Shown here: one piece after another, positions 19,057-28,817 of the stretch
Position numbering within the stretch: position 1 is the stretch's first letter
Layout of the letters: each line of letters opens with the position of its first letter
Virus record (IMG/VR): IMGVR_UViG_3300031746_000003
Span: 32,001-96,000 of that record
DNA: 64,000 bases
DNA from: a virus
Reading direction: 5' to 3' (one strand)
Position numbers and translations under genes: made by a program
The notes under the pieces: generated by a model
What the model was told of the DNA's origin: nothing
Database searches by the model: none
Seen by the model: only the letters and a program-made list of their open reading frames with translations

Positions 19057-20181
19057 ATGAGCGTCCCGGCACGTATGCTGAATGAGCTCTTTACCCAGAA
19101 GCTTTCATCGGCTGAGGGTAAGGAAAAGATCGCGGAGTATGGTGGCTCGTACATTCGAGACCGTCTTCGTGAGGTTAGCTTTGCGCGGAAGATCCTTCCG
19201 CCTGAGCAGGTCACACGGGCGGATTGCCAGCGGTCGGTTAATCACGACACGCTAGTGAAGATCGTCGATGTTGAGCCGAAGAGCCGAGCGATGTCGATCA
19301 CGTTCCGTGGACAGCCCACGGCACGGTTCATTCGCGGGGCGAAGGCCGAGATCGCGTTCTACACGATCAGCTCTGAGATCTTCCAGAAGACAGAGCAGGA
19401 GCTTCTCGCCTACGAGATGCCCATCACCAAGATTATCGAGGAGAACTCGGTAAAGGATATCCAGGAGATTGAGGACCGTGAGTTCCTCATCCACATTGAG
19501 GCGGCCTGCCAGGCGCTACAGACAGAGGCCAACGGTGGCGTGTCTACGGCGCTCAACTGGACGAACATCAATGCGGCTTCCGTGGTCGAGTTCTCGATCA
19601 TCAAGGGTGAGCTAGCTCGTACGGCTGGCGTCGATGACGCCACTGTCCGTCCGATCCAGCGCCCGGATGTGGTCAACCTGTTCAAGCTTCTTGACGGGAA
19701 CCGTCTCCGTGCCGAGCGCATCCTCATGACGGAGGTCGACTGGGACGACATCCTTCAGTGGACCCTTGAGGACTTCGGTGATCGCATGCAGTCCGAGACT
19801 GCAGTTGACGGCTACAAGTACAACACGCTGCTCGGTCGTCCGTACATCCGTACGATCAAGACGGACATCCTCCGTCGCGGCAACGTGTACGTGTTCACGC
19901 GTCCGGAGTTCTTCGGTAAGTTCTACGTGCTTAACAACACGAAGTTCTACATCGACAAGATCGCGAACACGATCACCTTCCAGGCCTGGGAAGACATTGG
20001 TATGGGCATCATCAACATCGCGTCTGTTCGTAAGCTAGAGCTCTACTCTGGTGACGCGAACCCGACGACGAATGCTGACTCGCTGCTCGCCAACTTCATC
20101 CCAACGGATGAGGACCAGCTCGGCGCGGTGAACAACCGTGTTGACCAGGGCCTCAAGTTCCCGCAGGTCAGCCAGTTCTGA
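19057..20181 (+). CDS. Major capsid protein (HK97 fold, inferred)
   Basis: 374 aa; RDRLREVSFARKILPP and KDIQEIEDREF spine-helix-like segments; strongest codon bias in the window; AGGAG SD; followed by a hairpin. Confidence 0.8.
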   Translation: MSVPARMLNELFTQKLSSAEGKEKIAEYGGSYIRDRLREVSFARKILPPEQVTRADCQRSVNHDTLVKIVDVEPKSRAMSITFRGQPTARFIRGAKAEIAFYTISSEIFQKTEQELLAYEMPITKIIEENSVKDIQEIEDREFLIHIEAACQALQTEANGGVSTALNWTNINAASVVEFSIIKGELARTAGVDDATVRPIQRPDVVNLFKLLDGNRLRAERILMTEVDWDDILQWTLEDFGDRMQSETAVDGYKYNTLLGRPYIRTIKTDILRRGNVYVFTRPEFFGKFYVLNNTKFYIDKIANTITFQAWEDIGMGIINIASVRKLELYSGDANPTTNADSLLANFIPTDEDQLGAVNNRVDQGLKFPQVSQF

Positions 20182-20224
20182 TCTGAGAGAACAAGAACAC
20201 TGTACTCTGTACAGTGGACTGCTC

Positions 20225-20259
20225 GAAGGGCGTCGGAGCCGGATGGCCCGGCGCCCTTC
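20225..20259 (+). terminator. Strong hairpin after the capsid gene (terminator/stabiliser)
   Basis: GAAGGGCGTCGG-AGCC-GGAT-GGC-CCGGCGCCCTTC; weak U-tract. Confidence 0.55.
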
Positions 20260-20305
20260 AAGTTTAAAGTGACCAAGATTTCCTTCCACTCGGAGAAAAA
20301 AACAA

Positions 20306-20977
20306 ATGACTACTGGATCTGGATTGTTTAGCACGCAGCAAGCCCGCCTAGCCCATCTCGTGAGGGGCGCTGGTGGTTTACCTGGTGAGATAGCGGACGT
20401 TCGTAATGACGTACTGGTCACCTTGGCTCCTTTGGCTGCCATAGGGGTTGAGGAGTTCACCAACGCGGCAGCGGCTGGTGCTGCTGACCTTGCGGCTGCG
20501 GCTGCTACAACCGTGGCACCTCAGACGGTCTCGACGTTCCTGGCACCTGGTATCGCCAAGTTGGCGGCGTTCCCCCGCAACATCACCCTGACGACGGCTG
20601 GGGTAACCCCTGCTGATGCACCGGCCACCGCCGTGGTGACTGGTACCTACCGTGGTAAGGCCCAGACCGAGACCATCACGGTGGCTCAGACCGCTACTAT
20701 CGCGACTGGCGTCAAGCCGTTCTCGACGATCGCGCGTGTGGTCTATGCCGCTGCCGATGGTACTGCCGCGACGATCTCCATCGGTGTTGGAGCTGGTCTT
20801 GGTGTATCAGAGGTTCCTAAGAGCAGGGCTGGCTTGGTTGCTCCTATCCGTGAGATTGCTGTCGGTGTGGTTGTGACCACCGGTACCCTAACCACTGCTG
20901 GTCTTTACACCCCGGCGGCTGCGCCAGATGGTGTCAAGGACTACGCGGTGTACTACGAGTACGACGGGGCCCTCTGA
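20306..20977 (+). CDS. Putative capsid decoration/accessory structural protein
   Basis: Ala/Thr/Val-rich beta protein with high-expression codon usage. Confidence 0.55.
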   Translation: MTTGSGLFSTQQARLAHLVRGAGGLPGEIADVRNDVLVTLAPLAAIGVEEFTNAAAAGAADLAAAAATTVAPQTVSTFLAPGIAKLAAFPRNITLTTAGVTPADAPATAVVTGTYRGKAQTETITVAQTATIATGVKPFSTIARVVYAAADGTAATISIGVGAGLGVSEVPKSRAGLVAPIREIAVGVVVTTGTLTTAGLYTPAAAPDGVKDYAVYYEYDGAL

Positions 20978-21006
20978 GTTTACCTAGCTAATACAGGAGA
21001 GAAGTG

Positions 21007-21522
21007 ATGGCAGAATACCTATTGGTCAGTATGACCAAGTCCAGGCACACCAGACTACAGCGTATGAAGGCTGCACAGCACCACTCTGCTGTACAGAAGA
21101 TGGCTGGTGGCAAGTTCCTCGTAAAGCCCAGTAGGACTCTGCAGATCACAGAGGCCAACCTGTTGCTACACCTGGCGGAGTTCAAGCAGGCTGTCGCTGA
21201 CGGCCGCCTCCAGGTGTTGACGGTTGTTGGTAGGCGGGTCGTAGATCTAACTAATCTACAGCCCGCCCCACTCACCCCCACTCTACCCCTCCCCAACCCA
21301 CCTCTCGATACAGCGGCTACTGATACGCCGTCTGGTGAGAAGATGCGGCCATACCTGACTGGTAAGGCCCTGGATGAGGCCTCGGTGATCCCTTCTGTCA
21401 TTGCTGCTCTAGCTAAGGAAGAAGCAGACGAGAAGGATGACGACGAAGAGACCGAAGAGACAGACGAGCCTGACGATGTGCCGTTAGACCCGGCTACCCT
21501 TCGGCGTAATACAAGGAAGTAA
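21007..21522 (+). CDS. Hypothetical protein, acidic C-terminus
   Basis: AGGAGA SD; lies between the capsid and neck genes. Confidence 0.6.
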   Translation: MAEYLLVSMTKSRHTRLQRMKAAQHHSAVQKMAGGKFLVKPSRTLQITEANLLLHLAEFKQAVADGRLQVLTVVGRRVVDLTNLQPAPLTPTLPLPNPPLDTAATDTPSGEKMRPYLTGKALDEASVIPSVIAALAKEEADEKDDDEETEETDEPDDVPLDPATLRRNTRK

Positions 21523-21527
21523 CACTC

Positions 21528-22028
21528 GTGGCCCTTCAGGGTATTACAGGTATGAGCGCCACCATGCAGGACTTTGTCCAGATGGTGCGCTTGTACATAC
21601 GGGACTTTCCTGAACTGAATCGAATCATCGCTGGTGAAGAGTCCAGCGATCGTATGATTGCTTGGGCTGTCCTGGATGCCATGTCGGACTTCAACGGTAC
21701 GCCCCCACTGGGGAGTATCAGCCTAGAAGATCTACTCCAGCGGCAGCAACATCACCTGCTCCTACGCATGACGGTGGAATCACTGATAGAATCAGTGGGT
21801 CTACTGCAGACGCGTAACCACATCAACTACTCCAACGGTGGCATCAACGTAGGCGTTAATGACAAGACTCCATTACTCATGAACTGGCTGCAGTACTTCA
21901 AGTCGACTACTGAACAGCAGAAGCAGAGAGTAAAAGTTGCCATGAACATAGAGCAGATCTTGGGTCCCAATAACCCAGGTGTGCACAGTGAGCTCTGGGC
22001 AGTTAACGCAACCTACCTCAGTTACTAA
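21528..22028 (+). CDS. Putative head-tail adaptor (neck) protein
   Basis: 166 aa helical; VRLYIRDFPELN...NYSNGGINV pattern and position are typical of adaptors. Confidence 0.55.
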   Translation: MALQGITGMSATMQDFVQMVRLYIRDFPELNRIIAGEESSDRMIAWAVLDAMSDFNGTPPLGSISLEDLLQRQQHHLLLRMTVESLIESVGLLQTRNHINYSNGGINVGVNDKTPLLMNWLQYFKSTTEQQKQRVKVAMNIEQILGPNNPGVHSELWAVNATYLSY

Positions 22029-22036
22029 AGGTCTAT

Positions 22037-22504
22037 ATGCCCAAGATAGTTATCCGTAAGGCCTCTAAGAACATTCGTGACGTAGAGCTACTGCTTCAGG
22101 GCGGAGTTACCGGTGGTGCTGGGTTACCTGCCCTAGGTATCTATGGGTTGGATGGGCTGACACTGAAGTTTCTGAGCCCGTCAGTGACTACGGTTACCCT
22201 AGATACGAATCCTGAGGGTGCCCAGCAACTGCTGTCCCCAAAGGAGATCAAGACTCAGATAGAAGCAGCGGTGGCCACTGTCCGCGTGAGCTTCATAGCC
22301 GATGGTAATACTAACCGTATGTCTATAGTTGAGGTAACACCCACATCAGGTGTCTCACTAGACAAGACAGGTACGGCCAACGCAGCGCTGGGGTTCACCA
22401 CAGCTGTGAACACCGTGGGTGTTAAGTATGGTCTTGCTGCAGCCCCTAGGTTGGTACAGATGCTGCCCACCGATGATGGTTTTCTAGTTATCACGGAGGA
22501 GTGA
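22037..22504 (+). CDS. Hypothetical structural protein
   Basis: GTANAALGF segment resembles insertion domains in the sheath (GTANAILGL). Confidence 0.55.
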   Translation: MPKIVIRKASKNIRDVELLLQGGVTGGAGLPALGIYGLDGLTLKFLSPSVTTVTLDTNPEGAQQLLSPKEIKTQIEAAVATVRVSFIADGNTNRMSIVEVTPTSGVSLDKTGTANAALGFTTAVNTVGVKYGLAAAPRLVQMLPTDDGFLVITEE

Positions 22505-22505
22505 T

Positions 22506-24956
22506 ATGAACGCTTTTGACCGGCTCAGTTACTCTATCCCACTGGCTGATGCTTCTTCTTTTTTCATCAAGTTGAAGACAGCAGCAGTTACAGACCCGCC
22601 TGACGAGACTGGTATGCTTGAGGGCGAGTTCGAAGCCCCAGTAGAAGAAGTCATAGGGGTCATGAAAGAGCTCGTTGAGAACGAGTTCAAGACCATGGTG
22701 GCTTACCACGTCTATGCTAATAGCCTTCGTGATTTGGCTCACAGCAGTATTGCTGAAGAGTTTGAGGAGCACGCTGAGAAGGAACTAGAGCATGCGAATT
22801 ATCTTCTTCGCCGCATGTCTGTACTTGGTGGGCCGATTCAGATCGGGGAGATAGAGCCACCTCCTGCCTCCTCTGAGGCTACTGACATCATCCAGACAAT
22901 GATTCGGTACGAGCAAGAGGGTATTGCCAAGTGGAAGATTCTCCACTCCATGATGGGGGAGAACCCATCTAAGTACGACATCGAGCAGTTCCTCACCAAT
23001 GAGCTTCATCATCTTGATGAGCTCTGGCAGCTACTGCCGCAAGAGGCTCACCAGCCGGTACTACATGGTAAGGCCCTCCCAGGTATGCCAGGTGACCCAA
23101 TGGCTCAGCCACTGGCAGCACCAGTTGAGCCAGCTAGCACTGAAAGTATTCCTGCGCCTACTGATCAGGCGGGTAAGACAGCTGCTAGTATAGATTGGGC
23201 AGATAAGAAGTTAGTAGCTGCTGCTGACAAGGTGTTTAAGCGTACTGGTAAGAAACCCTATACGTTAAACATGGCGGAAGACGCCTCCAAATTAACAGGC
23301 TCGTTGAAAGCGCAGCATACTCAGGCGGGTAAGACTCATCGTACGTCATCTCCACATAATCGTTCGGCTATTCGTGCACAAGTAAAAGAGATACGTGAGA
23401 AGAGCGCAGCTGCTGTCAAGATGCGCTTTAGTTTAGCGCTCCATAAGCTGGCTGATGGTGAGATTGGTGGAGCAGCTACTGAGGGTGCGCAGATGTCTGC
23501 GCCCACACCGGCTAAGACGATGCCCACAAACTACCTGGCAGCAGAGCAGATAGCTCAGCAGGCCCAGAATATGAACGAGTCTACGTTCTACCGCCAGCAA
23601 CTAGAGACGCAGAAGCTGCAGGCTCAGGCAGCTCAGCAGCAGGCAGAGCAGCAAGCTCAGCAGCTATCTGAGATGCAGAATCAGGTAGCTATCAGTGGTA
23701 CTGAGGCTCAGGCGGCATCACAGCAGGCGTTGCAGTCTCAGCAGGAGGCTACTCAGTCAGCTCAGATGTCAGCCAACATGCGGCTAGGGCTAGAGCGTAT
23801 GAGGACCCAGCTTATGGATCTGGCTGCTCAAGATCCGGCTACTCCTCAGACCCCAGTACAGGGACAATCCATGCAGCAACAGCAGGTTGACCAGGCTGCT
23901 GCAGCTGGTGACCCTAATGCTGTCGCTCAGCAACAGGCTAACCAGGGCATGGCTCTAGACCCAGGCACAGCTCAGTCCGGTGTTGATAGCGGCATCGGTG
24001 GTGAGAGCTCTGGTGGTACTGGTGGTTCGCAAGGACCAGCTGTAGCTGCTGAAGGCGCACAAGGAGCTCCAGGTGCAGCTCCACCAGCTGGTGCAGCTCC
24101 ACAGAATGCCAACGCTACCGGCACTCCGCCTACGGCAGCTACGACAACGCCAGCTACTAACCTCAGCGTCAAAGTAGGCTCTGCTCTTACAGAAGCAGCC
24201 AGAGACAAGATCAAGACTAAGAACTTTGCGCTCTCTGCAAAGCAGTCAGATACCGGTGCACCTAAGTACCCGATTGAAGATCGCCGTCACGCAGCCAATG
24301 CCCTTAGCCGTGTAGGTCAATTCGGTTCTCCTAAGGAGAAGGCTGAGGTTTACAAGGACGTGGCCAGGAAGTACCCAGACCTTGCTCGGCACAGTGATAT
24401 ACCAGCAGTGAAGGCAAAGGCTAAGCACGCTAGTAAGTACCACGCTGGTTACCCCAAGTTTCTTAAGAGGTATAGTGAGGGGCTAACCGGTGAGAAGGTA
24501 CGCGATCTAAAGGGTACACGGGACACGGTTAAGAACAAGCTAGAGAAATCCCACGTACTAAAGACTAGAGGTGGTACTGCAGCAGCTGTAGTTGCGCCTA
24601 TTGTTGGGAAGAAGCTACACGATAAGCGTAAGGCGAATAACGACAAGCTCGCTGGTGTAGCGGGTGCTATCGGTGGAGCAGCTCTTGGTGGTATGGGTGG
24701 CTTACTAGAAGCCCACACGGCTAACCCAGAAGCCATGAACCAACGCGTTCACGAGCTAGAGGCCAGGGACAGAGGCACCTTTGGTGATGCTCTCTCTATC
24801 GCTAAGGCGAAGATGAGAGCTTCCATGGGTGAGCTTTCTCACGCGCATCCAGGGGCAGCTATGCTTACAGGTGCAGCTATCGGTGGGGTAACTGGGCATC
24901 ACATAGAGTCTCAGCTACCTGGGATTATGCAGAACATAAAAGAACTGAGGAGCTGA
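22506..24956 (+). CDS. Multidomain virion protein: bacterioferritin-like di-iron domain, Gln-rich coiled coil, DUF6582-like domain, glycine zippers
   Basis: E60, Y67, E93xxH96, E136, E166xxH169 match ferroxidase-centre spacing. LTEAARDKI...NFAL...KYPIEDRRHAANALSRV resembles DUF6582. Modules are separated by K-x-A/G sites. Confidence 0.75.
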   Translation: MNAFDRLSYSIPLADASSFFIKLKTAAVTDPPDETGMLEGEFEAPVEEVIGVMKELVENEFKTMVAYHVYANSLRDLAHSSIAEEFEEHAEKELEHANYLLRRMSVLGGPIQIGEIEPPPASSEATDIIQTMIRYEQEGIAKWKILHSMMGENPSKYDIEQFLTNELHHLDELWQLLPQEAHQPVLHGKALPGMPGDPMAQPLAAPVEPASTESIPAPTDQAGKTAASIDWADKKLVAAADKVFKRTGKKPYTLNMAEDASKLTGSLKAQHTQAGKTHRTSSPHNRSAIRAQVKEIREKSAAAVKMRFSLALHKLADGEIGGAATEGAQMSAPTPAKTMPTNYLAAEQIAQQAQNMNESTFYRQQLETQKLQAQAAQQQAEQQAQQLSEMQNQVAISGTEAQAASQQALQSQQEATQSAQMSANMRLGLERMRTQLMDLAAQDPATPQTPVQGQSMQQQQVDQAAAAGDPNAVAQQQANQGMALDPGTAQSGVDSGIGGESSGGTGGSQGPAVAAEGAQGAPGAAPPAGAAPQNANATGTPPTAATTTPATNLSVKVGSALTEAARDKIKTKNFALSAKQSDTGAPKYPIEDRRHAANALSRVGQFGSPKEKAEVYKDVARKYPDLARHSDIPAVKAKAKHASKYHAGYPKFLKRYSEGLTGEKVRDLKGTRDTVKNKLEKSHVLKTRGGTAAAVVAPIVGKKLHDKRKANNDKLAGVAGAIGGAALGGMGGLLEAHTANPEAMNQRVHELEARDRGTFGDALSIAKAKMRASMGELSHAHPGAAMLTGAAIGGVTGHHIESQLPGIMQNIKELRS

Positions 24957-24958
24957 TC

Positions 24959-26632
24959 ATGCTCGATACATTTTTGAAGGTTGCCTACGACCACGAGAAG
25001 ACCGCTGCTGGTAAGGAGTACACGGTTGACCTTCTAAAGCAGCTCCCTAATGACTACCTACAGGCGCTTGCGTCTGGCGAGGTAAAGCTAGCGCATCTTA
25101 GCTGCGGTTCTGGTGGGGACTACGAGTGGCTAGAGAAGTTCAAGGGTTCTCCTCTATTCGACCAGGCGCTGCAGCTAGAGCAGAAGACCTTGGAAATGGA
25201 CCTACAGAAGCAGCAGACGAACAACGAGCGTCGTCAGATGTGGGACCAGCAGGACCAGGAGATGGACCAGCTGCGCATCCAGAAGAAGCTGCTAGATCTA
25301 CAGCTCGTTCAACAAGAGGGTCAGACTGCCGCCGGTGGTATGCCCGCAGCTGAGGGTGCACCTCCTGAACTCCCAGTAGAAGCTGCTCCACCCGAGGCAG
25401 CTCCTCCTGGTCCACCAGCAGCTGCCGCTAACCCTGTTTCTGTGAAGGTGGGCTCCATAAGTAAGACAGCTCTAACTGCTGCTGATGTGTATCGTCGGGT
25501 GAATAATGCAGCCATTAACGCGAGTCCAAAGCGTCTTAATAACTTCGGCAAGAGGATGGATATCGCACACGATATGGCTGTAGGAGATAACGTAGCTAAA
25601 GGGCTAGCGCACCCATCGTCAGCAGGCTCTGCTTCTAAGTATTGGGATGCTGGGACCGCTGCTAACTATGCGGAAAGAGCAAAGAGGCAGGGTTTACCGG
25701 TAAAACGGATGGAGAAGGGTGGTGCCGCTAGTTCTAAGGACAAAGTTACGGCGAAAGACCGTATGCACGCTGGCGCTCGGGGGGCAGCAGTTGGCGGTAC
25801 TCTTGGGGCTGTTGCACATGAGGTTAACCGACGTATTACGGGGACTAAATCTCATAAGGGGTTAGTCCCAAACGTTGCTGAAAAAGCCATTGTCATTGGG
25901 GGTTTAGCTGCTGCCCTAGCTAAGTCACGTAAGGAAAAGACCTCCGCTGAGCACGAGAAGCACCGCGCAACTAAGCAGGTAGCTTCTTTAGCTGCTCTCC
26001 CTGCCCTAGGAGCAGCGACTGGCGCAGGTGGCAGGGCACTTCTTTCCTTAGGAGTCAAGGATACCGAGCCGTTAACTGCCAAGGCGGTCAAAGCACTTGG
26101 TGAGGCTGTGCCTTCTGCTAAGGAGCAGCTCAAGAACCTTCTGAAGAACCAGAAGGCGAAACCAGGAGACCTGGCGCACAAGGTCATTCGTGGGGCTGGT
26201 GTTGGTGGTGCTATTGGTCTAGGCGCTGCTGGGGCTATAGGTGCTACGCAGCTGATCCACCATGGAGACACCGAGGGGCATATCACAGGTGCTATGAAGC
26301 GCCGCCGAGAAGCAGCTGAGAGTTTTGCTAAATCTCATAGTGTTAAGGAGGGCAGCAAGGTTGCTAGTAGCCCCATGCTAAACGCCATGCGGAGTCTAAG
26401 AAGTGCGTGGGGTATCGAGAAGGACAGTGCAGCAGCCCCAGCTGTAGACCCGCACCTTGGTATGAAGCTAAAGGACGCACCACAAGCCGCTTTAAATGCA
26501 GTGCAGTACGGCACACATGCGGCTGGTGACTGGGTAGGTAAGAATCCAAAGGCTGCTCTTGGTGGTGCAGCTCTACTTGCTGGTGGCGCGTTGCTGGGAA
26601 GAGCTAGTAAAGACGACCGTCCAAGGTACTGA
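24959..26632 (+). CDS. K-x-A-tagged virion protein with coiled coil and glycine zippers
   Basis: KVAY, EKTA, KLAH, KVGS, KTAL, EKTS, KVAS; GxxxG repeats. Confidence 0.6.
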   Translation: MLDTFLKVAYDHEKTAAGKEYTVDLLKQLPNDYLQALASGEVKLAHLSCGSGGDYEWLEKFKGSPLFDQALQLEQKTLEMDLQKQQTNNERRQMWDQQDQEMDQLRIQKKLLDLQLVQQEGQTAAGGMPAAEGAPPELPVEAAPPEAAPPGPPAAAANPVSVKVGSISKTALTAADVYRRVNNAAINASPKRLNNFGKRMDIAHDMAVGDNVAKGLAHPSSAGSASKYWDAGTAANYAERAKRQGLPVKRMEKGGAASSKDKVTAKDRMHAGARGAAVGGTLGAVAHEVNRRITGTKSHKGLVPNVAEKAIVIGGLAAALAKSRKEKTSAEHEKHRATKQVASLAALPALGAATGAGGRALLSLGVKDTEPLTAKAVKALGEAVPSAKEQLKNLLKNQKAKPGDLAHKVIRGAGVGGAIGLGAAGAIGATQLIHHGDTEGHITGAMKRRREAAESFAKSHSVKEGSKVASSPMLNAMRSLRSAWGIEKDSAAAPAVDPHLGMKLKDAPQAALNAVQYGTHAAGDWVGKNPKAALGGAALLAGGALLGRASKDDRPRY

Positions 26633-27537
26633 TGCCCGTCCCGCTGGTAGTTAAAGAGTTAAAGATCCGCTCGTTAGACGCAGACTTCAACGAAATATCG
26701 TGGAAGCTGGAGTCTACGAGTGAGGACGTGCTCGACTACACCTTTCAGGTTACTCGTTCAGAGGGTGCCGAGGGGCCCTACGACGCAATATCTCCGTTGA
26801 TGGACGACACTTATATCTTCATCGACAATATGGTGAAGATCGGGCATCGCTACCGACATAACTTCTACAAGCTGGTCATCACCCAGAAGTCTTCTGGAGA
26901 CACTTCTGAGTTTGGTCCTGAGGAGAAAGAGGCGGAGCCAGATCTAATAGCTCTAGAACTGCGGAAGCATATGAACCTGCTTTTCCGTGAGTTCGCTGGG
27001 CGTAGGTGCTGGGTGCTGCCTGTTAGAACCTTTGGTCAACGCTGCGGGTGTTGGAATGCCACACTGCAAAAGCGTACGCGTTCCGGTTGCCGTACTTGTT
27101 ACGACACAGGTTTTATTCGTGGGTACATGCACCCAATAGAGACCTGGTTACAGATAGATCCTAGTCCCGCCAACGAGACGACTACTAATGTAGGCCCTAT
27201 CCATCAGAACAACACTACTGCTCGGCTAGGCTACTACCCTTCGTTAAAGCCTCGTGATCTTATCATTGAGCCAGAGAACCGCAGGTGGCGAGTTACTCAG
27301 GTAGGTGCTACTGAGCAGTTACGTTCTCCGGTACACCAAGAGATACAGATTCACGAGGTACCCCAGACCGACATAGAGTTTTTGATACCTCTGCAGTTAG
27401 ATCAGGCTCTACGGGATGTGTTCTTCTCTCCTGCTAGGAACTTCACGAATCCGTACACGTTAGAGAACTTCGAGAACGAAGAGATCCCTAAGATCTACAA
27501 TCTGTACTACTCTAGCTACCCACCAGTGAAGTCATGA
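26632..27537 (+). CDS. Putative neck/head-closure protein with FN3-like N-terminus and Zn site
   Basis: ISWK...YTFQVTRSE...FID...FYKL (FN3-like); RCGC...CRTCYDTGFIRGY. Confidence 0.55.
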   Translation: MPVPLVVKELKIRSLDADFNEISWKLESTSEDVLDYTFQVTRSEGAEGPYDAISPLMDDTYIFIDNMVKIGHRYRHNFYKLVITQKSSGDTSEFGPEEKEAEPDLIALELRKHMNLLFREFAGRRCWVLPVRTFGQRCGCWNATLQKRTRSGCRTCYDTGFIRGYMHPIETWLQIDPSPANETTTNVGPIHQNNTTARLGYYPSLKPRDLIIEPENRRWRVTQVGATEQLRSPVHQEIQIHEVPQTDIEFLIPLQLDQALRDVFFSPARNFTNPYTLENFENEEIPKIYNLYYSSYPPVKS

Positions 27538-27869
27538 TATCCGTACGTCACTACCTACCAGAGTACGCTGACAGCTTTGCCAAGTTAGCTGGGGTATTGC
27601 CAGCTACCGTAGCTAAGAAGCCTGACAGCCAGCTTAAGCGAACGCTTCAGACAGCGGCTAAGGGAGCTCTTGGTATTGGGCTAGGTACTGCCGCAGGTTT
27701 TGGTATTGGGGCAGCTACTGATGCTATAGCTCGCGGGCTTAGTGGCAAGCCTTCTGGCATACCTGAGTTCAAGTATATCGTTCCTGTGTTAACTGCCGGG
27801 ATGCTGGTGTCTAAGGCTTTGTGGCAAGCTAAGGAACAGGAGGCTCTACGTGGCAGGAAAGATCGTTGA
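27534..27869 (+). CDS. Small membrane/glycine-zipper virion protein
   Basis: FAKLAG followed by GALGIGLGTAAGFGIG and a second hydrophobic helix. Confidence 0.55.
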   Translation: MISVRHYLPEYADSFAKLAGVLPATVAKKPDSQLKRTLQTAAKGALGIGLGTAAGFGIGAATDAIARGLSGKPSGIPEFKYIVPVLTAGMLVSKALWQAKEQEALRGRKDR

Positions 27870-28755
27870 GACCAACCCGAACAGGGGTTTCCCTGATTCG
27901 AGCTTCAGGTATACACCCCTGCAGCATTTGCGTGTCTTGATGACTGCTTTTGCCCAGGGCATCTTTGCGGAGGCTCCTCCTGGTTTTTACCACTGGACTC
28001 CGGACATGAGCTCTACAGAGATCGTCATCACAGACGAGTCTCCCATCCATGTAGAGAAGGTAGGGCAGCGCCCGGCTATCACGTTCACGCGTGGCCCGGT
28101 GCAGTTCTACTCGCTTGGCATGGACGACATGTATAAGTACGACTTCGACACGGACCGTAAGACAAAGGTTGTCTTGGTCCCTGGCACGATGATCGTTAAC
28201 TGTTGCTCTCGTGTAGATATCGAGAGTGAGAACATTGCCTGGACATTCACGGAGCACATCTGGCTGCTACGTGACCGGCTAATGAAAGAGGGCTTCTTCG
28301 AGATAGGCAGGCAGCCTGGGATAGGCGCCCCTTCTCCAGCTGGTTCTATTGTGGCCGGTGACGGTGGTGACGAGTGGTTTGTTACTGCGGTAACAATCCC
28401 ATTCCAGTTCGGAAGGAAGTCCGCGTTTACCCCACTAGGTCAGCGGATCGTAAAGAACATAGAGCAGAAGCTGGATGTGGTGCACAACAGGGTAGCATCC
28501 CAGGGGTACCCGGATGCCCTCATAGACCTACCGATAAATATTCATACGTGTCCACCACCCCCATTTTCTCCAGCATCTGACGCACATGGGCGATCACCGG
28601 ACCCAGCTGGCGTAGCTGTAGCTGGCCCACAAGCTCAACCAGATCCATTAAACCCCGCTACTAGGCGGGTTATACGCAGTGTTCATCCTAATAGGCCATT
28701 TAGGTCTGCCTCCATGAGAGGTGTGCCTATTCCTATAAAAGACCCATGCGTGTAA
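27850..28755 (+). CDS. Putative tail completion/terminator protein
   Basis: RPAITFTRG motif; immediately upstream of the sheath. Confidence 0.55.
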   Translation: MAGKIVETNPNRGFPDSSFRYTPLQHLRVLMTAFAQGIFAEAPPGFYHWTPDMSSTEIVITDESPIHVEKVGQRPAITFTRGPVQFYSLGMDDMYKYDFDTDRKTKVVLVPGTMIVNCCSRVDIESENIAWTFTEHIWLLRDRLMKEGFFEIGRQPGIGAPSPAGSIVAGDGGDEWFVTAVTIPFQFGRKSAFTPLGQRIVKNIEQKLDVVHNRVASQGYPDALIDLPINIHTCPPPPFSPASDAHGRSPDPAGVAVAGPQAQPDPLNPATRRVIRSVHPNRPFRSASMRGVPIPIKDPCV

Positions 28756-28817
28756 GAATCTTGTTGTGATTCACCACACTCCGAGCATAGCGAAGTTTTT
28801 CGTGAAAGGAGCCGCCA

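Noticed and set aside
19252-20463. Many overlapping alternative-frame and antisense ORFs in the capsid gene (similarly in the sheath and tape measure)
   Set aside because: Expected shadows of strong GC3 codon bias; no starts or motifs support them.
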